A stretch of 61,141 bases of DNA from a virus (Duplodnaviria; Caudoviricetes). This document shows, in pieces, positions 37,137 through 46,409 of the stretch. The notes under the pieces were generated by a model. It had not been told where the DNA came from. It searched no databases and saw only the letters and a program-made list of their open reading frames with translations. A program made the translations under genes and the position numbers. The stretch spans positions 1-61,141 of the IMG/VR virus record IMGVR_UViG_3300028920_000076. One strand, 5' to 3'. How positions within the stretch are numbered: position 1 is the stretch's first letter; each line of letters starts with the position of its first letter.

Positions 37137-38633
37137 ATGGGAATTTTTCTATTTGGCAAGGCCGCAAACAGGCCGGTAGATTCTGAAGACCATGTAGGTG
37201 TTTGGTACATCCGTGAGTCCCTTGATCTGGGGGATCTGACAGCTTTGTACGCCCTTGCTCCGTTGGAGTTCGATAACTATGCCAGTTACTCTATAAGGTT
37301 TGAGATACATAACGATTTCGAGAGTGACCATACCATTATTTCAGGTCCGGTAGAAGATGACCACGAGGCAGGATGGGCAATCGGAATTTCCGCCGACCAC
37401 GAAGCACCCTATAGAATTATTGATAGTGTAGAAGTAGATCTTGAGGCACCTTACTTGCTGTCTATCACGGTAGAGGCAGGACTCGCATCTTCCTATGATA
37501 TTAAAGAGGAGTATGAAGTAGAAGCTGATTTTAAGGGTATCTGGGTGATTGTGAGCTTTATTTCGGAGCAAATTGACAACTCTGTTGCGGGTGTTGTTGC
37601 GAGTGAGGATGTTGAGTTCTTCCGAGTACAGCTTACGGGAGATGACGATTCGTACTGTATTACGCTTAATGCGGATATGGCAAGTGTCGAAGATTGGTCA
37701 AAATGCCTGCCGGGACTTCCGATTGACATTACCGTGAACGGGACAGAGTTTAAAATGCTCATCGACTCTCGTAAAAGACAGAGGGCTTTTCAGGGCTCAT
37801 CGTATGCAATCGAGGGGCGTTCGATTACTGCGTTGCTTGGAAAGGGAAACGCCTCACCGATCACCAAAACATGGCCCTCTCAGACGGCCAAGGAGGTTGT
37901 TGAGGAGCTTTGTTTGCCTGACGGGATATCTACCCTATTCGAGCTGACAGATTGGATTATACCGGCCAATACACTCGTTGCTGAGTCTATTTTTCCTATT
38001 CAGATCATAGACCAAATCGCTAAGGCTGCTGGAGGTATTGTCCAGACCAAACCGGACGGAACGCTCGTCATCCGACCGAAGTACCCGATACCGCCACCCG
38101 AATACGAAGCTGCCACTCCTGAGCTTGGAATATCGGACGTGGATGATATCTACTCAATCGATGAGTCGAAAGTTGTCAAACCGAAGTATAATGCTGTTCG
38201 TGTAATGGATGAGCCTGATGCATCTGGAGGTGACTTTGGAATCAGGGAAGTTGACTATGATCCAACGACAAGGACGTATACTCTGGCAGTGACTTCTACT
38301 CCTTATGATCCAGCCATGGCATTGAAATTTAAACATTCCAATGCAGTTGATCATGTAACCGTGGATTATAACGGGATAACCCAAAAGGAAATTACGGAAA
38401 CAGTAGAAATCGTCAATGGAAAGGGCAACACGGAATGGATTGTTGACTCCGTTGTCAGTTATGATTATACTATTAATACTGACTTAGGGGTAATCACTCC
38501 CGGCACTGGAGCAGAGATAGTCTGTAACGTTGCCGGACAAAGTATTGTAGACGTGACATACCAAACCTCTTATCATGAGTTCACTGTCAGTGACGATTAT
38601 GACGAGAAGGTACAGGTATACGTGGAGGACTAA
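37137..38633 (+). CDS. baseplate hub-like tail protein
   Basis: GRSITALL...PIQIIDQIAKAAGGIVQT.PDGTL; synteny. Confidence 0.6.
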   Translation: MGIFLFGKAANRPVDSEDHVGVWYIRESLDLGDLTALYALAPLEFDNYASYSIRFEIHNDFESDHTIISGPVEDDHEAGWAIGISADHEAPYRIIDSVEVDLEAPYLLSITVEAGLASSYDIKEEYEVEADFKGIWVIVSFISEQIDNSVAGVVASEDVEFFRVQLTGDDDSYCITLNADMASVEDWSKCLPGLPIDITVNGTEFKMLIDSRKRQRAFQGSSYAIEGRSITALLGKGNASPITKTWPSQTAKEVVEELCLPDGISTLFELTDWIIPANTLVAESIFPIQIIDQIAKAAGGIVQTKPDGTLVIRPKYPIPPPEYEAATPELGISDVDDIYSIDESKVVKPKYNAVRVMDEPDASGGDFGIREVDYDPTTRTYTLAVTSTPYDPAMALKFKHSNAVDHVTVDYNGITQKEITETVEIVNGKGNTEWIVDSVVSYDYTINTDLGVITPGTGAEIVCNVAGQSIVDVTYQTSYHEFTVSDDYDEKVQVYVED

Positions 38634-38636
38634 ACG

Positions 38637-39125
38637 ATGGGAGCACAGGCAACTCTGGTTATTGACTTTGGTGCTGCTGGAGCCGATGCGGTTCTGGAAG
38701 CAGAACTGGATAGTGGACTGAATTTCGGCAAGTCCAGCTTCAATGCCGGGGATGTAGTCTTCTTCCGGGTATACTCTGATGTCTCGTATGAGATTGAAGT
38801 GACTTCTGGGATCGTTTCTGAGGAAGGCTCGAACCCGCATACTGAGGCCGTGGAGGGAGAAGTATTCCAGTTTATAAAAGAAAAATCCGTCAATACCAGT
38901 AAGGTTGTCAAGGCCGGAGAAGCAATCACTCCGACTTGGTATGGACCAGTGTTGGGATCGTTGTCAAAAACCGGTACGAAGCAGATCACTGTCGATAGTG
39001 TTTCTCAGACGCCTTTCGGAGTGTGCAGTGCTGACTATGTGACTGAGTACGACCTGTGGAGGTTGACTCCTCCGGGCGGGATGCCTGAGACGTATTCAAT
39101 TATCGTTCTCATAAAGGCTACTTAA
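38637..39125 (+). CDS. tail-associated protein
   Basis: GGAGG RBS; synteny. Confidence 0.55.
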   Translation: MGAQATLVIDFGAAGADAVLEAELDSGLNFGKSSFNAGDVVFFRVYSDVSYEIEVTSGIVSEEGSNPHTEAVEGEVFQFIKEKSVNTSKVVKAGEAITPTWYGPVLGSLSKTGTKQITVDSVSQTPFGVCSADYVTEYDLWRLTPPGGMPETYSIIVLIKAT

Positions 39126-39126
39126 T

Positions 39127-39450
39127 ATGAAAGTAATCGTTAGAAGAAGCACTGGAGACAAGCAATCCTCGGAAGCAATCGTGGATGTGCTTTGTAATAC
39201 GCTGACCCCTGCGGTTGCCAGAGGTCAGAATTATCTGTACCAAGAGGGCTTTGATAAGTTGTTATACGACCTCGTGATTCCTTTTCGAGCGCCTCTAATA
39301 TGTGGTGATACTGTCCAGATGGACGATGCTTCAATCGGGGAGAGTTTTAAATCAAGGCTTTCCGGCTGGTCTATCTCCGCCGACTTGCAAAATGATACCA
39401 TTCAGATTGATCAGCAACTATCGCTGGAAAGGAGTATTGTCGATGAGTAA
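39127..39450 (+). CDS. tail-associated protein
   Basis: IVDVLC....AVARG..YL. Confidence 0.55.
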   Translation: MKVIVRRSTGDKQSSEAIVDVLCNTLTPAVARGQNYLYQEGFDKLLYDLVIPFRAPLICGDTVQMDDASIGESFKSRLSGWSISADLQNDTIQIDQQLSLERSIVDE

Positions 39451-39673
39451 TCCTTTCACAGAGTTGAGAGATCAGCTATCGATACCAGAGGAGAGATTCG
39501 ATATAGCTCTGGTGACAGACGTGTCTGCGGATAAGCTTACCATAGAGACTGAGGATGGTATTGTGAAAACCGTCTGGGGAACTGCGGCTCCCGGTGACTA
39601 CGTGATTGTTCAGGGCAAGACAGTGCTCGGTAGGGTCAACGATGAGAACACTATAACGGCTTACGTGCCTTAA
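39443..39673 (+). CDS. small tail-tip protein
   Basis: AAGGAG RBS; MSNPFTELR...GDYVIVQG. Confidence 0.55.
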   Translation: MSNPFTELRDQLSIPEERFDIALVTDVSADKLTIETEDGIVKTVWGTAAPGDYVIVQGKTVLGRVNDENTITAYVP

Positions 39674-39686
39674 AGGAGGTTTTGAT

Positions 39687-40163
39687 ATGTCACTTACGAT
39701 TTTATTTGCGGCTGGTGGACAACCGGCTCCTCTCTTGCCTGAGATTCACGTACGGGATACGTTGACCCTTGTGGATATACCAGTAGCTTGTATTCAAGGT
39801 CAGGATGAGGACTATATCCAAACGACTACCATCGGGTTTGCACCACTGGCCTTTTCCACAGCGGAAGTATTGGCTGCTGGCGCACGGTCTGGGGAGTACT
39901 GGACAAGGCGTTTGTCGAAATTACTTCTGAACGGTCGATTTTCTGCGTCTGGAGCAAACGCAGTTGTTCGAGTTCTTTTCTTTGACACAAACAGTGTTAA
40001 GGCATTGTCCGAATCGTTCACCCTTAATGCTACAGCATTCCAAGATGGTTCGGATTACATAGCTGAAATAGTAGAGGTCGGAACGATGGGCGCAAAGAAA
40101 GTTGCTGTGGAGGTCATCTCGGTTTCTGCCGGAACTTTCTCACTTCTGCTCGCTGGAGTATAA
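39687..40163 (+). CDS. hypothetical virion protein
   Basis: AAGGAGGT RBS. Confidence 0.65.
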   Translation: MSLTILFAAGGQPAPLLPEIHVRDTLTLVDIPVACIQGQDEDYIQTTTIGFAPLAFSTAEVLAAGARSGEYWTRRLSKLLLNGRFSASGANAVVRVLFFDTNSVKALSESFTLNATAFQDGSDYIAEIVEVGTMGAKKVAVEVISVSAGTFSLLLAGV

Positions 40164-40193
40164 TTTTAAAACGTACAATTAGGAGGTATTACC

Positions 40194-40904
40194 ATGGCTG
40201 AAAAAAGTACGAGAGTGCCGGACGGGAGCGAGGGTGAATACATTGCGACCCGTGACGGTGTAGAAAACGATGAGGGAGCAAATGCTCGTGTAGTTCAGTT
40301 GACAGATGAGGCTTTCCGAGCACTGACCATCGACATTACTTCGGACACGCCGGAAAGAGAGTTTCTCGATATCAATGGTCTTGGCGATGTCGCAGACCTT
40401 GCTGATTTAGCTGGACAGTCATCAAAATTTAACAACTCTGGTTTGATCATCGGAGATAAGACCAAACTGGTTGCTTGCATGCGCTGGACTATCTCGTCTA
40501 TAGGAAACCCGTCGATTTATGTCACGCCGATTATCTATGACGATGATGATATACCGATTGGATCGTTGCAGACAAGGAAAATACAGACAGTGTGTCCCGA
40601 AGCGACTGTCATGAATGAGCCTCTGCACTATAACGACGCACTGATTAACTATATGCTGGCTCCTATGATGTCGTGGCATATCGAAGGTGGATATAAAGTC
40701 AGACTGCATATTACTTTTGACGCAACTGATTGGGGCGGAGCCGGTAACGAATCCAACCAAATCAAAGTTTGGGCAGAGATGGTCAGTGGGCCTCCGCAAG
40801 CACCTAATTGGTGGAGTGAGGACGGTGGAGTCTGGGGCGGAAACGACCCTGTCGCTTCTTCTTCTGGTGGATCTGGAAGCAGTGGTGGTGGTGGTGGCGG
40901 TTAA
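40194..40904 (+). CDS. virion protein with Ser/Gly-rich C-terminal tail
   Basis: AGGAGGT RBS; ends ASSSGGSGSSGGGGGG. Confidence 0.7.
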   Translation: MAEKSTRVPDGSEGEYIATRDGVENDEGANARVVQLTDEAFRALTIDITSDTPEREFLDINGLGDVADLADLAGQSSKFNNSGLIIGDKTKLVACMRWTISSIGNPSIYVTPIIYDDDDIPIGSLQTRKIQTVCPEATVMNEPLHYNDALINYMLAPMMSWHIEGGYKVRLHITFDATDWGGAGNESNQIKVWAEMVSGPPQAPNWWSEDGGVWGGNDPVASSSGGSGSSGGGGGG

Positions 40905-40905
40905 T

Positions 40906-40919
40906 TGCAATCGATTGCA
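40906..40919. repeat. Dispersed 14-bp palindrome (TGCAATCGATTGCA)
   Basis: Exact, between a stop codon and the next RBS. Confidence 0.9.
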
Positions 40920-40930
40920 GAGGAGTAGAA

Positions 40931-41644
40931 ATGCTGGTTGTTGATAGAAAAGTCTTTTTGCACATGCCACGATGCGCTGGATCATCGGTGAGATGGGCGA
41001 TCAAAAAATTGCATCCACGGATAAATTTTTCGTGTGAGCATTGCCATATTAAGGTGTTGCCTCAGAAGTATTATGGATCGCACTTGTTTTTCGCCTTTAC
41101 TCGTGATCCTCTGGAGTGGTATGTTAGTATGTATTTCTACGCTTTAGCGAATCATAACAGGACGGGGAAGTCAGACCCTTTCGTGTATACTCTAAGCGAG
41201 GGGTTTGACTCCTTTGAGACCTTTTTTACTAATGCGCTCAATATGCCGAGTTTCTACGCTACTCATCCTGACAGACTTTTGCAGCTTAGATCACGGGTTG
41301 AAAATATTATCATGAACACGTACAACTGCTGGCTTGTATCGTACTGGGATGACCTTAACGATATAGTACCGGATAAGTTGGATGACTCGCTCATGAAATT
41401 TTATGCTAACCGAATAGGCCTTTTCAAAGAAGGGTATTGCTTAAACGTCTACAGGATGGAGGAAGTTGAGCAAGTAATGAAAAAAATATTTGGCCCGGAG
41501 ATCCAACTGGGTCATCGAAATGGCAATAGAGATCGGCAGAGAATGGCCGAGTACAGAGATCGTCTGGACTTACGTACCCGGATTAGGATTTCTGGAGAGC
41601 CGGGGATTCACCTATACGAAGATAAGTATGATGACACGTTTTGA
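40931..41644 (+). CDS. sulfotransferase-family-like protein
   Basis: VFLHMPRCAGSSV (5-prime PSB-like) and FAFTRDPLEWYVSMY (3-prime PB-like). Confidence 0.7.
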   Translation: MLVVDRKVFLHMPRCAGSSVRWAIKKLHPRINFSCEHCHIKVLPQKYYGSHLFFAFTRDPLEWYVSMYFYALANHNRTGKSDPFVYTLSEGFDSFETFFTNALNMPSFYATHPDRLLQLRSRVENIIMNTYNCWLVSYWDDLNDIVPDKLDDSLMKFYANRIGLFKEGYCLNVYRMEEVEQVMKKIFGPEIQLGHRNGNRDRQRMAEYRDRLDLRTRIRISGEPGIHLYEDKYDDTF

Positions 41645-42374
41645 CTTCATAGTATGCTATCCGTGGCTCCAAAATGGTAAATGGGGTGAGGAACTCAAGT
41701 ACTCCATTCGTTCTCTGGAGAAGTACCTTGAAGGGCGTTATCGGATCTGGATGTTTATCAATTTAGGTCATCCAATACCGCACTGGATCAAGGGTGTGGA
41801 AGTACACAATGAAAACTGGCAGAGGGAGAAAGCTAAAGGATGTAAGCAGATTAACAAGGCTCGACAACTTTATGTTGCGAACCGTACTCGACTACCGTTT
41901 GTGTGGATGAACGATGATATATACTTGTTGAAACCGTCTACACTGTTGGATCTTAAACAAAACTACGTAACAAGTCTAAATGAAATAGATAAGTGGGATA
42001 AGAACAGGAGAAGATCGTGGTATTTTACGTTGGAACTAACTGACCGATTGCTAAAGCGGAAAGGTATTCAAACTTCGTACTGTGCGGATACGCACTGCCC
42101 ATACGTTTACGAGCCTTCGCTCTACCGTAACATGATAGACGTTGCGGGGTATGCTCAACAGTTTGCTTCTCAAACGTTTTATTATAACCTATATCTGGAT
42201 GGTACGCCTCCCATGGTGGACCATGAGGTGAAAGCTGGATTTTACGGTCCAGCTAAACCTTTTGAGATTCGTGATTCACATAGGTATTTCAATCACAATG
42301 ATGCTGCATTGGTGCCGGAAATGATAGATTTTTTGAAGGCAAGGTTTCCTGACCAATCACGCTTCGAGAAGTAA
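41628..42374 (+). CDS. Stealth-family-like hexose-1-phosphate transferase
   Basis: ELKYSIRSLEKY, FVWMNDDIYLLKP, THCP, FP..SRFEK. Confidence 0.7.
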   Translation: MMTRFDFIVCYPWLQNGKWGEELKYSIRSLEKYLEGRYRIWMFINLGHPIPHWIKGVEVHNENWQREKAKGCKQINKARQLYVANRTRLPFVWMNDDIYLLKPSTLLDLKQNYVTSLNEIDKWDKNRRRSWYFTLELTDRLLKRKGIQTSYCADTHCPYVYEPSLYRNMIDVAGYAQQFASQTFYYNLYLDGTPPMVDHEVKAGFYGPAKPFEIRDSHRYFNHNDAALVPEMIDFLKARFPDQSRFEK

Positions 42375-42393
42375 TCAGAAAGAGAGCAGACAA

Positions 42394-42840
42394 ATGGGTA
42401 ATGGAGATGACATTAATGGTACTGGAAACCGGTGCCGGTTTCTGAATCCGTCTTCTTATAAGGCTGATTGTGACATAGAGGAGCGGTCAAGGATATACGC
42501 TGACCTGATAAAGAGCCTGATAGAGCAAAGAATATCCGGGATGGATAGGGCAGCAGTCCTAAAAGCCAGTGAGATTGACAGAAGGCTGGAGGAGCATAAC
42601 GAGCTTAGAAAGGAAGTATTGGAGGACAGAGAGTCGTTTGTGCGTAAGAACATTTACGCAGAGCATACCAAGGCACAGGATTTGTGGAAGGTAGAAGTAA
42701 ACGATGCAATCACAAAGCTGATGACCCAGTATCAGAGTAGGATGTCAACAGCAAATTATATATCGTTAGGAGCAATGGTGATAGCTCTCATTAATGTTGT
42801 CATACTAATTCTCGTTTTCGCTACAAAGAATCCAGCATAA
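42394..42840 (+). CDS. coiled-coil protein with C-terminal TM helix (possible lysis accessory)
   Basis: C-terminal hydrophobic helix. Confidence 0.55.
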   Translation: MGNGDDINGTGNRCRFLNPSSYKADCDIEERSRIYADLIKSLIEQRISGMDRAAVLKASEIDRRLEEHNELRKEVLEDRESFVRKNIYAEHTKAQDLWKVEVNDAITKLMTQYQSRMSTANYISLGAMVIALINVVILILVFATKNPA

Positions 42841-42854
42841 CCGGAGGTATCCAG

Positions 42855-43382
42855 ATGGAAAAAGAAGAAGTGAAACTCGAAAAGGGTGATTTCTTTTGCA
42901 GTAAGAATCCCATGGCTCTCGGCAAAATCATTAATGCTGTCCAGTGGTTCTGGTCAACTGATAACGAGTCGAGATATACGCATGCCGGGATTATTGTTGC
43001 CGAGGACGGTACTACACTGGAGTCTTTGTGGACCGTCAAGAATCAAAATCTCTGGGAAGCTTATGCCGGTGAGAGAGTTATCATTGGACGTTACGAAAAG
43101 ATGACCCCTGAGATTTTTGAGAAGGGGATGCAAGCGATTGCAGAACATAAGGGTAAGATTTATCCAGTTCTTCGGCTACTACTATTTGGCATACCACCCG
43201 TTGCCAAATTTCTATATATAGGACTCGTGGTGTGTTCCGAGTTGACTGCCAAGTTTTTGTGCTCGATGGGAGCACTTAACTATTGGAAAGGCAAGATGCC
43301 CGACAATATCCATGACGCTATGAAATATCGTCGAGGGTTCAAAGTCGTGGCAGAACTTGAAATCCCTAAAAAGGAGGTTTAA
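42855..43382 (+). CDS. permuted papain-like (YiiX/YebB, NlpC/P60) protein
   Basis: YTHAGII...ES precedes VCSEL, the permuted His-before-Cys order. Confidence 0.7.
   Translation: MEKEEVKLEKGDFFCSKNPMALGKIINAVQWFWSTDNESRYTHAGIIVAEDGTTLESLWTVKNQNLWEAYAGERVIIGRYEKMTPEIFEKGMQAIAEHKGKIYPVLRLLLFGIPPVAKFLYIGLVVCSELTAKFLCSMGALNYWKGKMPDNIHDAMKYRRGFKVVAELEIPKKEV
43129..43142 (-). repeat. Dispersed 14-bp motif, reverse orientation
   Basis: Exact TGCAAGCGATTGCA (MQAIA). Confidence 0.9.
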
Positions 43383-43384
43383 AG

Positions 43385-43744
43385 ATGGCATTAGTACTCG
43401 AAGCAAAAAAGAAATTGTTAGCTCACTCTCTGTCTAGTCTTTTATCGTTTCTGGATAAAGGCCTACTGGACTTATTCGCTGATCGTATGCTGGATTGGAT
43501 CGAGAACAAAGTTCTGGGATCAGCATCGAAAATCGATGACAGGTTAATTCTGCCGATCTGTAAGGGTATCCGAAGCGGGTTTAATATCCCTGACAATGAC
43601 GAGCCAAAACCGCCACCGGGAGGATCGGGAGGAGAACTGCCTGACGCCAAGCCGCCATCCACCGAGCCGGATAACGAGCCGGATATTAATCCTTTAATCA
43701 AAAAAGAGGCCGGGGAGAGGAAAGCGTCTGATGAGAAAGCCTAA
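43385..43744 (+). CDS. hypothetical protein
   Basis: AAGGAGGT RBS; Pro-rich tail. Confidence 0.6.
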   Translation: MALVLEAKKKLLAHSLSSLLSFLDKGLLDLFADRMLDWIENKVLGSASKIDDRLILPICKGIRSGFNIPDNDEPKPPPGGSGGELPDAKPPSTEPDNEPDINPLIKKEAGERKASDEKA

Positions 43745-44081
43745 CTACGTAGCTGTGCTTTTGGTTATCACTTTCGTCTTTGTGGGTTGTGCTGGAATAG
43801 GCCTGTCTCCAGAGGACACCGACAAGGCTTACCTCGCTGCCTTGAAAGAGTACACCCAGACAGCGGAGAAGTACAACGTCTACTATGCAAGTGCGGACGA
43901 AACGACAAAAGCCGAATGGAAAGAAAATATTGACCCGTACTTCATCAAGGCAAATTCGGCTTTGGAAGTCTGGAAACTGGCCCTTAAACGTCAGGAAGCC
44001 CCTGATGTCGCTGAGAGTGAATACCTGTTAGTTAAGCAACAGTTATTTTCTCTGCTTGTAGAGGTCTTTAACAAGGAGTGA
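43731..44081 (+). CDS. putative lipoprotein
   Basis: Signal peptide with lipobox FVGC. Confidence 0.65.
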   Translation: MRKPNYVAVLLVITFVFVGCAGIGLSPEDTDKAYLAALKEYTQTAEKYNVYYASADETTKAEWKENIDPYFIKANSALEVWKLALKRQEAPDVAESEYLLVKQQLFSLLVEVFNKE

Positions 44082-44103
44082 CCGGGAAGGGGGTGAGACT
44101 TAA

Positions 44104-44277
44104 ATGGCTTTAACGACAGCGCACATTATGTTGATTGACATCTTGACCGACCGTATCATAACGGCCACCCATACAATGAAACGCCTTAAAGACATGGACG
44201 AGGAGCAAGTCAAAGAGGAAACCGCCAAATGGGAAAGCCGGAAAGAAGCTGCGGTTGACGCAATAAAGAACCATTAA
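44104..44277 (+). CDS. 57-aa hypothetical protein (not in ORF track)
   Basis: GGGGGTG RBS; MALTTAHIMLIDILTDRII... Confidence 0.5.
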   Translation: MALTTAHIMLIDILTDRIITATHTMKRLKDMDEEQVKEETAKWESRKEAAVDAIKNH

Positions 44278-44311
44278 TCACCACGGCCCCGGCTGTGTCG
44301 AGGAGTAGACG

Positions 44312-44761
44312 ATGTTAGTAGATATTCCTGCTGGAGTAAAGACAAAAGTTGCCGAAGACGGCATCCTTGCTATTTTCGATTCCAGTAGAGATAAATGGCT
44401 CAGTGCGGAACGTTTTAGATTAATGTTCAGTCTGACCCATCGTGATATTCAAGGTCTTCGATACCTCCGCACTGCCGGGGAGCCTGTTTCTAATATGACC
44501 GGACACCGGATAGTAAGGGATGCCATAATCACAGCCGTAGCCGTTCAAACAAGCTCTGATGATAGTGGAACATTCACAATTAAGGTCAGGCGAGGAGCAT
44601 CTGTGGTCGATTTGTATAGTATTTCCTTGTCAGGCGAGAAAGGTAAAACAGAAAGTAATCTGAATACCGACCTTGATGCCGCTGACGAGTTGATTTCACT
44701 AATTACATCTGGACAAGTAGATGCTCCCGTTTTGACTGTGGAGCTTGCATGGCGTTTCTAA
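44312..44761 (+). CDS. virion decoration/fibre protein, stand-alone copy of the shared C-terminal domain
   Basis: FDSSRDKWLS...DLDAADEL...VELAWR. Confidence 0.65.
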   Translation: MLVDIPAGVKTKVAEDGILAIFDSSRDKWLSAERFRLMFSLTHRDIQGLRYLRTAGEPVSNMTGHRIVRDAIITAVAVQTSSDDSGTFTIKVRRGASVVDLYSISLSGEKGKTESNLNTDLDAADELISLITSGQVDAPVLTVELAWRF

Positions 44762-44788
44762 TAACTAAATTATGAGGAGGTACAAGCT

Positions 44789-46399
44789 ATGGCGATGTGG
44801 GTATTTATAGCAAAGAATAGTTCCGGGTCCGATCAGTTGATTGAAGACCTCGGAATATCAATTCCTGATTCTGGTCAGGAAACGTTATCATTACAATTTA
44901 CTTACGATGAGCTTGCCGGGAGTGACGATCTCAGGGCTTTAGTAGCTTCCGGCGATCTCGTTGCAAATGATGGTTCTGCGGACCTGTCGGCTGCGGATGG
45001 TGTTGACTACCTTACCATAGTCCAGCAAGATCACCTGACAGAAAACCACTGGACCAAGACACAACTCGCTGCCACTGGAGGCTCAAGCGACCGAGTTGAT
45101 TGGAGTCAAGTAGCCAATGCTCCAGCGTTCGGAACTCCTGAGTGGGGAGACCCGGTTTTATATAGAGCTAGTGCTATCCAGAGTGCAGCACCGGCAGCGA
45201 CTCATGTAGGGCAGATCTACGTCAATACAACTGAGGATAAGTACTACAAGTGGAGTGGTGTTGCGTGGGTAGATCAGTCGGATGTAGCTGATGGTGACCT
45301 CGTTATTAACCTTGCCAATGCACAGGAAGACGTTTACCAATTCGTCACTGATACTTGGGTAGAACAAGCTCAGTCGGCTGACAATGAGGCACGTCTTGTC
45401 AAGGATGACGGAGACGGTAAGCAAGCTCAATACGTCTACTCGACCGTTACCGGATCGTGGAAAAAGATCGGAGACGTTGACTTTGGGGATCACGTAGATG
45501 ACTTAGCCAATAGGCATAATGCGGATCAAATCAAAGTTGAAAATGCCTATACTAATATTGGTAGTCTCGCAGACGAGGACTTGGAAACAGTACTTGGAGA
45601 CATCGACACCGTAGTCGGTGCCAACGCTACTGCTGCTGGTGATGCTGCAACCGCTGCGAGTGATGCTCAGTCTGACATTGACGATCATATTGACGGGGCA
45701 GCAAGCAAACACGATGCGTCCGAAATTGACGTTGAGACAGCCTACGCAAATATAGGTAGCGATGCCGACGATGACCTCGAAACTGTACTTAGTGACATTG
45801 ACACGGTATTAGGAGGTCTTGACTCTGGAGGAAGTCTGGACGATTCGTACGACTTCGGAGGGGCTGGATTAGGCAGATCTGTCACGGTAGACTCTGGACC
45901 GGTCAAGTTAGATGCTTCAGGAGGGACGGACGCTCCTCTGGAGTTGACACCGAAGGCTTCTGCCCCGACTACCAATCTGGCCGGTGGGCAGTTGGATGTG
46001 ATCGGTGGAGAACTGTACGTCTACGATGCTACCCGAAGCAAGTGGCTGTCAGTTACCAGACACACGTTTGCTTTCGGCAGGAAAGGGAAGTCGAAAAACC
46101 AGTATCTCAATTTCTGGGCTGGAGAACTCCCGTCGAACAATACCGGCATCAGGCTCCCGTGGAACTGTACCGTTACCATGCTGAGTGCTCAAATAGATGC
46201 TACCGGGACCGGTACTTTTACCGTACGGGAATCAGGTGGGACCAGAACGATCAATCTCGCTATCACTGCGGCTCTGGGAAACGAGAATGTGGCTGCGAGT
46301 CTGGATCTCAACGCTGGTGATCTGCTGGAGTGCTACCTTTCGTCAACTGCGGGAGTTAATGATCCAGTAATCCTTATCGAGATTGCCAAACGTAAGTAG
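44789..46399 (+). CDS. modular fibre/decoration protein
   Basis: Shared N-domain, internal 65-aa-period repeat, shared C-domain YDATRSKWLS. Confidence 0.7.
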   Translation: MAMWVFIAKNSSGSDQLIEDLGISIPDSGQETLSLQFTYDELAGSDDLRALVASGDLVANDGSADLSAADGVDYLTIVQQDHLTENHWTKTQLAATGGSSDRVDWSQVANAPAFGTPEWGDPVLYRASAIQSAAPAATHVGQIYVNTTEDKYYKWSGVAWVDQSDVADGDLVINLANAQEDVYQFVTDTWVEQAQSADNEARLVKDDGDGKQAQYVYSTVTGSWKKIGDVDFGDHVDDLANRHNADQIKVENAYTNIGSLADEDLETVLGDIDTVVGANATAAGDAATAASDAQSDIDDHIDGAASKHDASEIDVETAYANIGSDADDDLETVLSDIDTVLGGLDSGGSLDDSYDFGGAGLGRSVTVDSGPVKLDASGGTDAPLELTPKASAPTTNLAGGQLDVIGGELYVYDATRSKWLSVTRHTFAFGRKGKSKNQYLNFWAGELPSNNTGIRLPWNCTVTMLSAQIDATGTGTFTVRESGGTRTINLAITAALGNENVAASLDLNAGDLLECYLSSTAGVNDPVILIEIAKRK

Positions 46400-46409
46400 G
46401 AGAGAGTAG

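Noticed and set aside
22539-40163. Contractile (myovirus/PBSX-type) tail, suggested by the Xkd-like head genes
   Set aside because: No sheath or baseplate wedge gene recognised; the tube-chaperone-TMP order fits a non-contractile tail.
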